DNA of 64,000 bases. Source: Eledone cirrhosa (taxonomy: Eukaryota). A model generated the notes under the pieces. That model worked only from the letters and a program-made list of their open reading frames with translations, made no database searches and had not been told where the DNA came from. Positions 63,034 through 64,000 of this stretch are shown here, piece by piece. A program made the translations under genes and the position numbers. The stretch covers positions 190,402,001-190,466,000 of the forward strand of contig OZ024743.1 in assembly GCA_964016885.1 (NCBI GenBank). Direction: 5' to 3'. How positions within the stretch are numbered: position 1 is the first letter of the stretch; every line of letters begins with the position of its first letter.

Positions 63034-64000
63034 TGTCCTATAATATCAATTGGCCAAAAGCATCATTCATAAATGTACAGAATATTACTAATCCTAGGAA
63101 CCACTTTTAAATTGGCAATAAATACATATGCTTATCAGTATTTCTTTGGTCACTGGTTGTAATCATTTCATCTTACATATATTTTAATGCCTATACGGAA
63201 AGTCATAAATGTATCGATATATCATTCCCTCTCTGTTTCTCTATTAGAGACATGTTATATAGTGCTTAACAATCCAGCATGAAATGGTTCATGAAAACAT
63301 GGATCTAATACTCATTTCATAGTGTATGATTTATTTTAATCCTACTGTCTTCTGGATTCAAAGTTGCTTTCTTTTTCTACTTCAATGTAAGAAATCATTT
63401 TTTAATGCAGTGTCTAGAAGTATATAGTAATAATCTATGTCAAAATTGATACTGTAATTTAACATGTTGTATAATGCGAAGTGGGAGTCTGTAATGTAGA
63501 TTAATAGAAAGAAAAATCAATGGTCATTTACAAATATATTGAATTTTAATACAGAATATATTGTTCTCAAAGTTTCTTTGGTATGATGGTTAACATTTTT
63601 AAATTGTTGTTAGATATAACATTTCTATAACTTTTTAAAAGGTCAGCAAGCAGCCAAATAAAGCTGAAATATACAAACTGACTACATTTGTTGAATAGAA
63701 CATCTGACTAATATCAAGTACCATGACCCAAAGCTTTAACCTCAAACTGGAAAATGACATTTGTAGCACCTAGACGCCACTTTTTCAGTTGGTTCTACTT
63801 CACTAATCATTATGGAAATGTTCACTGAGCATTCCTGTTTTAAACTGGAAAAATAACCTGGTGATATTTTCTTTCGACAAATGCATGCACATTGTGAAAC
63901 AGACTTCCTGAAATGAAATTAATGGACCAACATCCATTTAGTATATTTATAGAGATACCTTCATACCATATTCATTGAGATATTGAAAATTGCACTAACA

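Overview
AT-rich, repeat-dominated animal DNA. It is probably cephalopod (octopus-like), inferred from the SINE cores and RTE tails. No host protein-coding gene can be supported, and the long IY/YI ORFs are artefacts of (TA)n tracts. The main finding is two unrelated, near-homogeneous tandem arrays: family A (514-bp monomer, 15140-22153) and family B (310-bp monomer, 30467-39852). Every full monomer carries a type I hammerhead ribozyme (13 in A, 30 in B) with a minimal palindromic helix III, so both look like non-LTR retrozymes (predicted self-cleaving circular-RNA retroelements). Each array has two divergent inverted arms, and the three visible outer ends run into (TA)n microsatellite. Two Penelope-like GIY-YIG endonuclease remnants lie nearby and are candidate relatives of the mobilising elements. 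The two ribozymes share an unusual design (U.U at 10.1/11.1, CU-AACA-AG loop II, UA bulge in helix I) with compensatory stem changes. The rest of the window holds about 13 kb of structured TA microsatellite, a duplicated fold-back element, and decayed RTE, L1/Tx1, R4-like and CRE-like LINEs and tRNA-derived SINEs.
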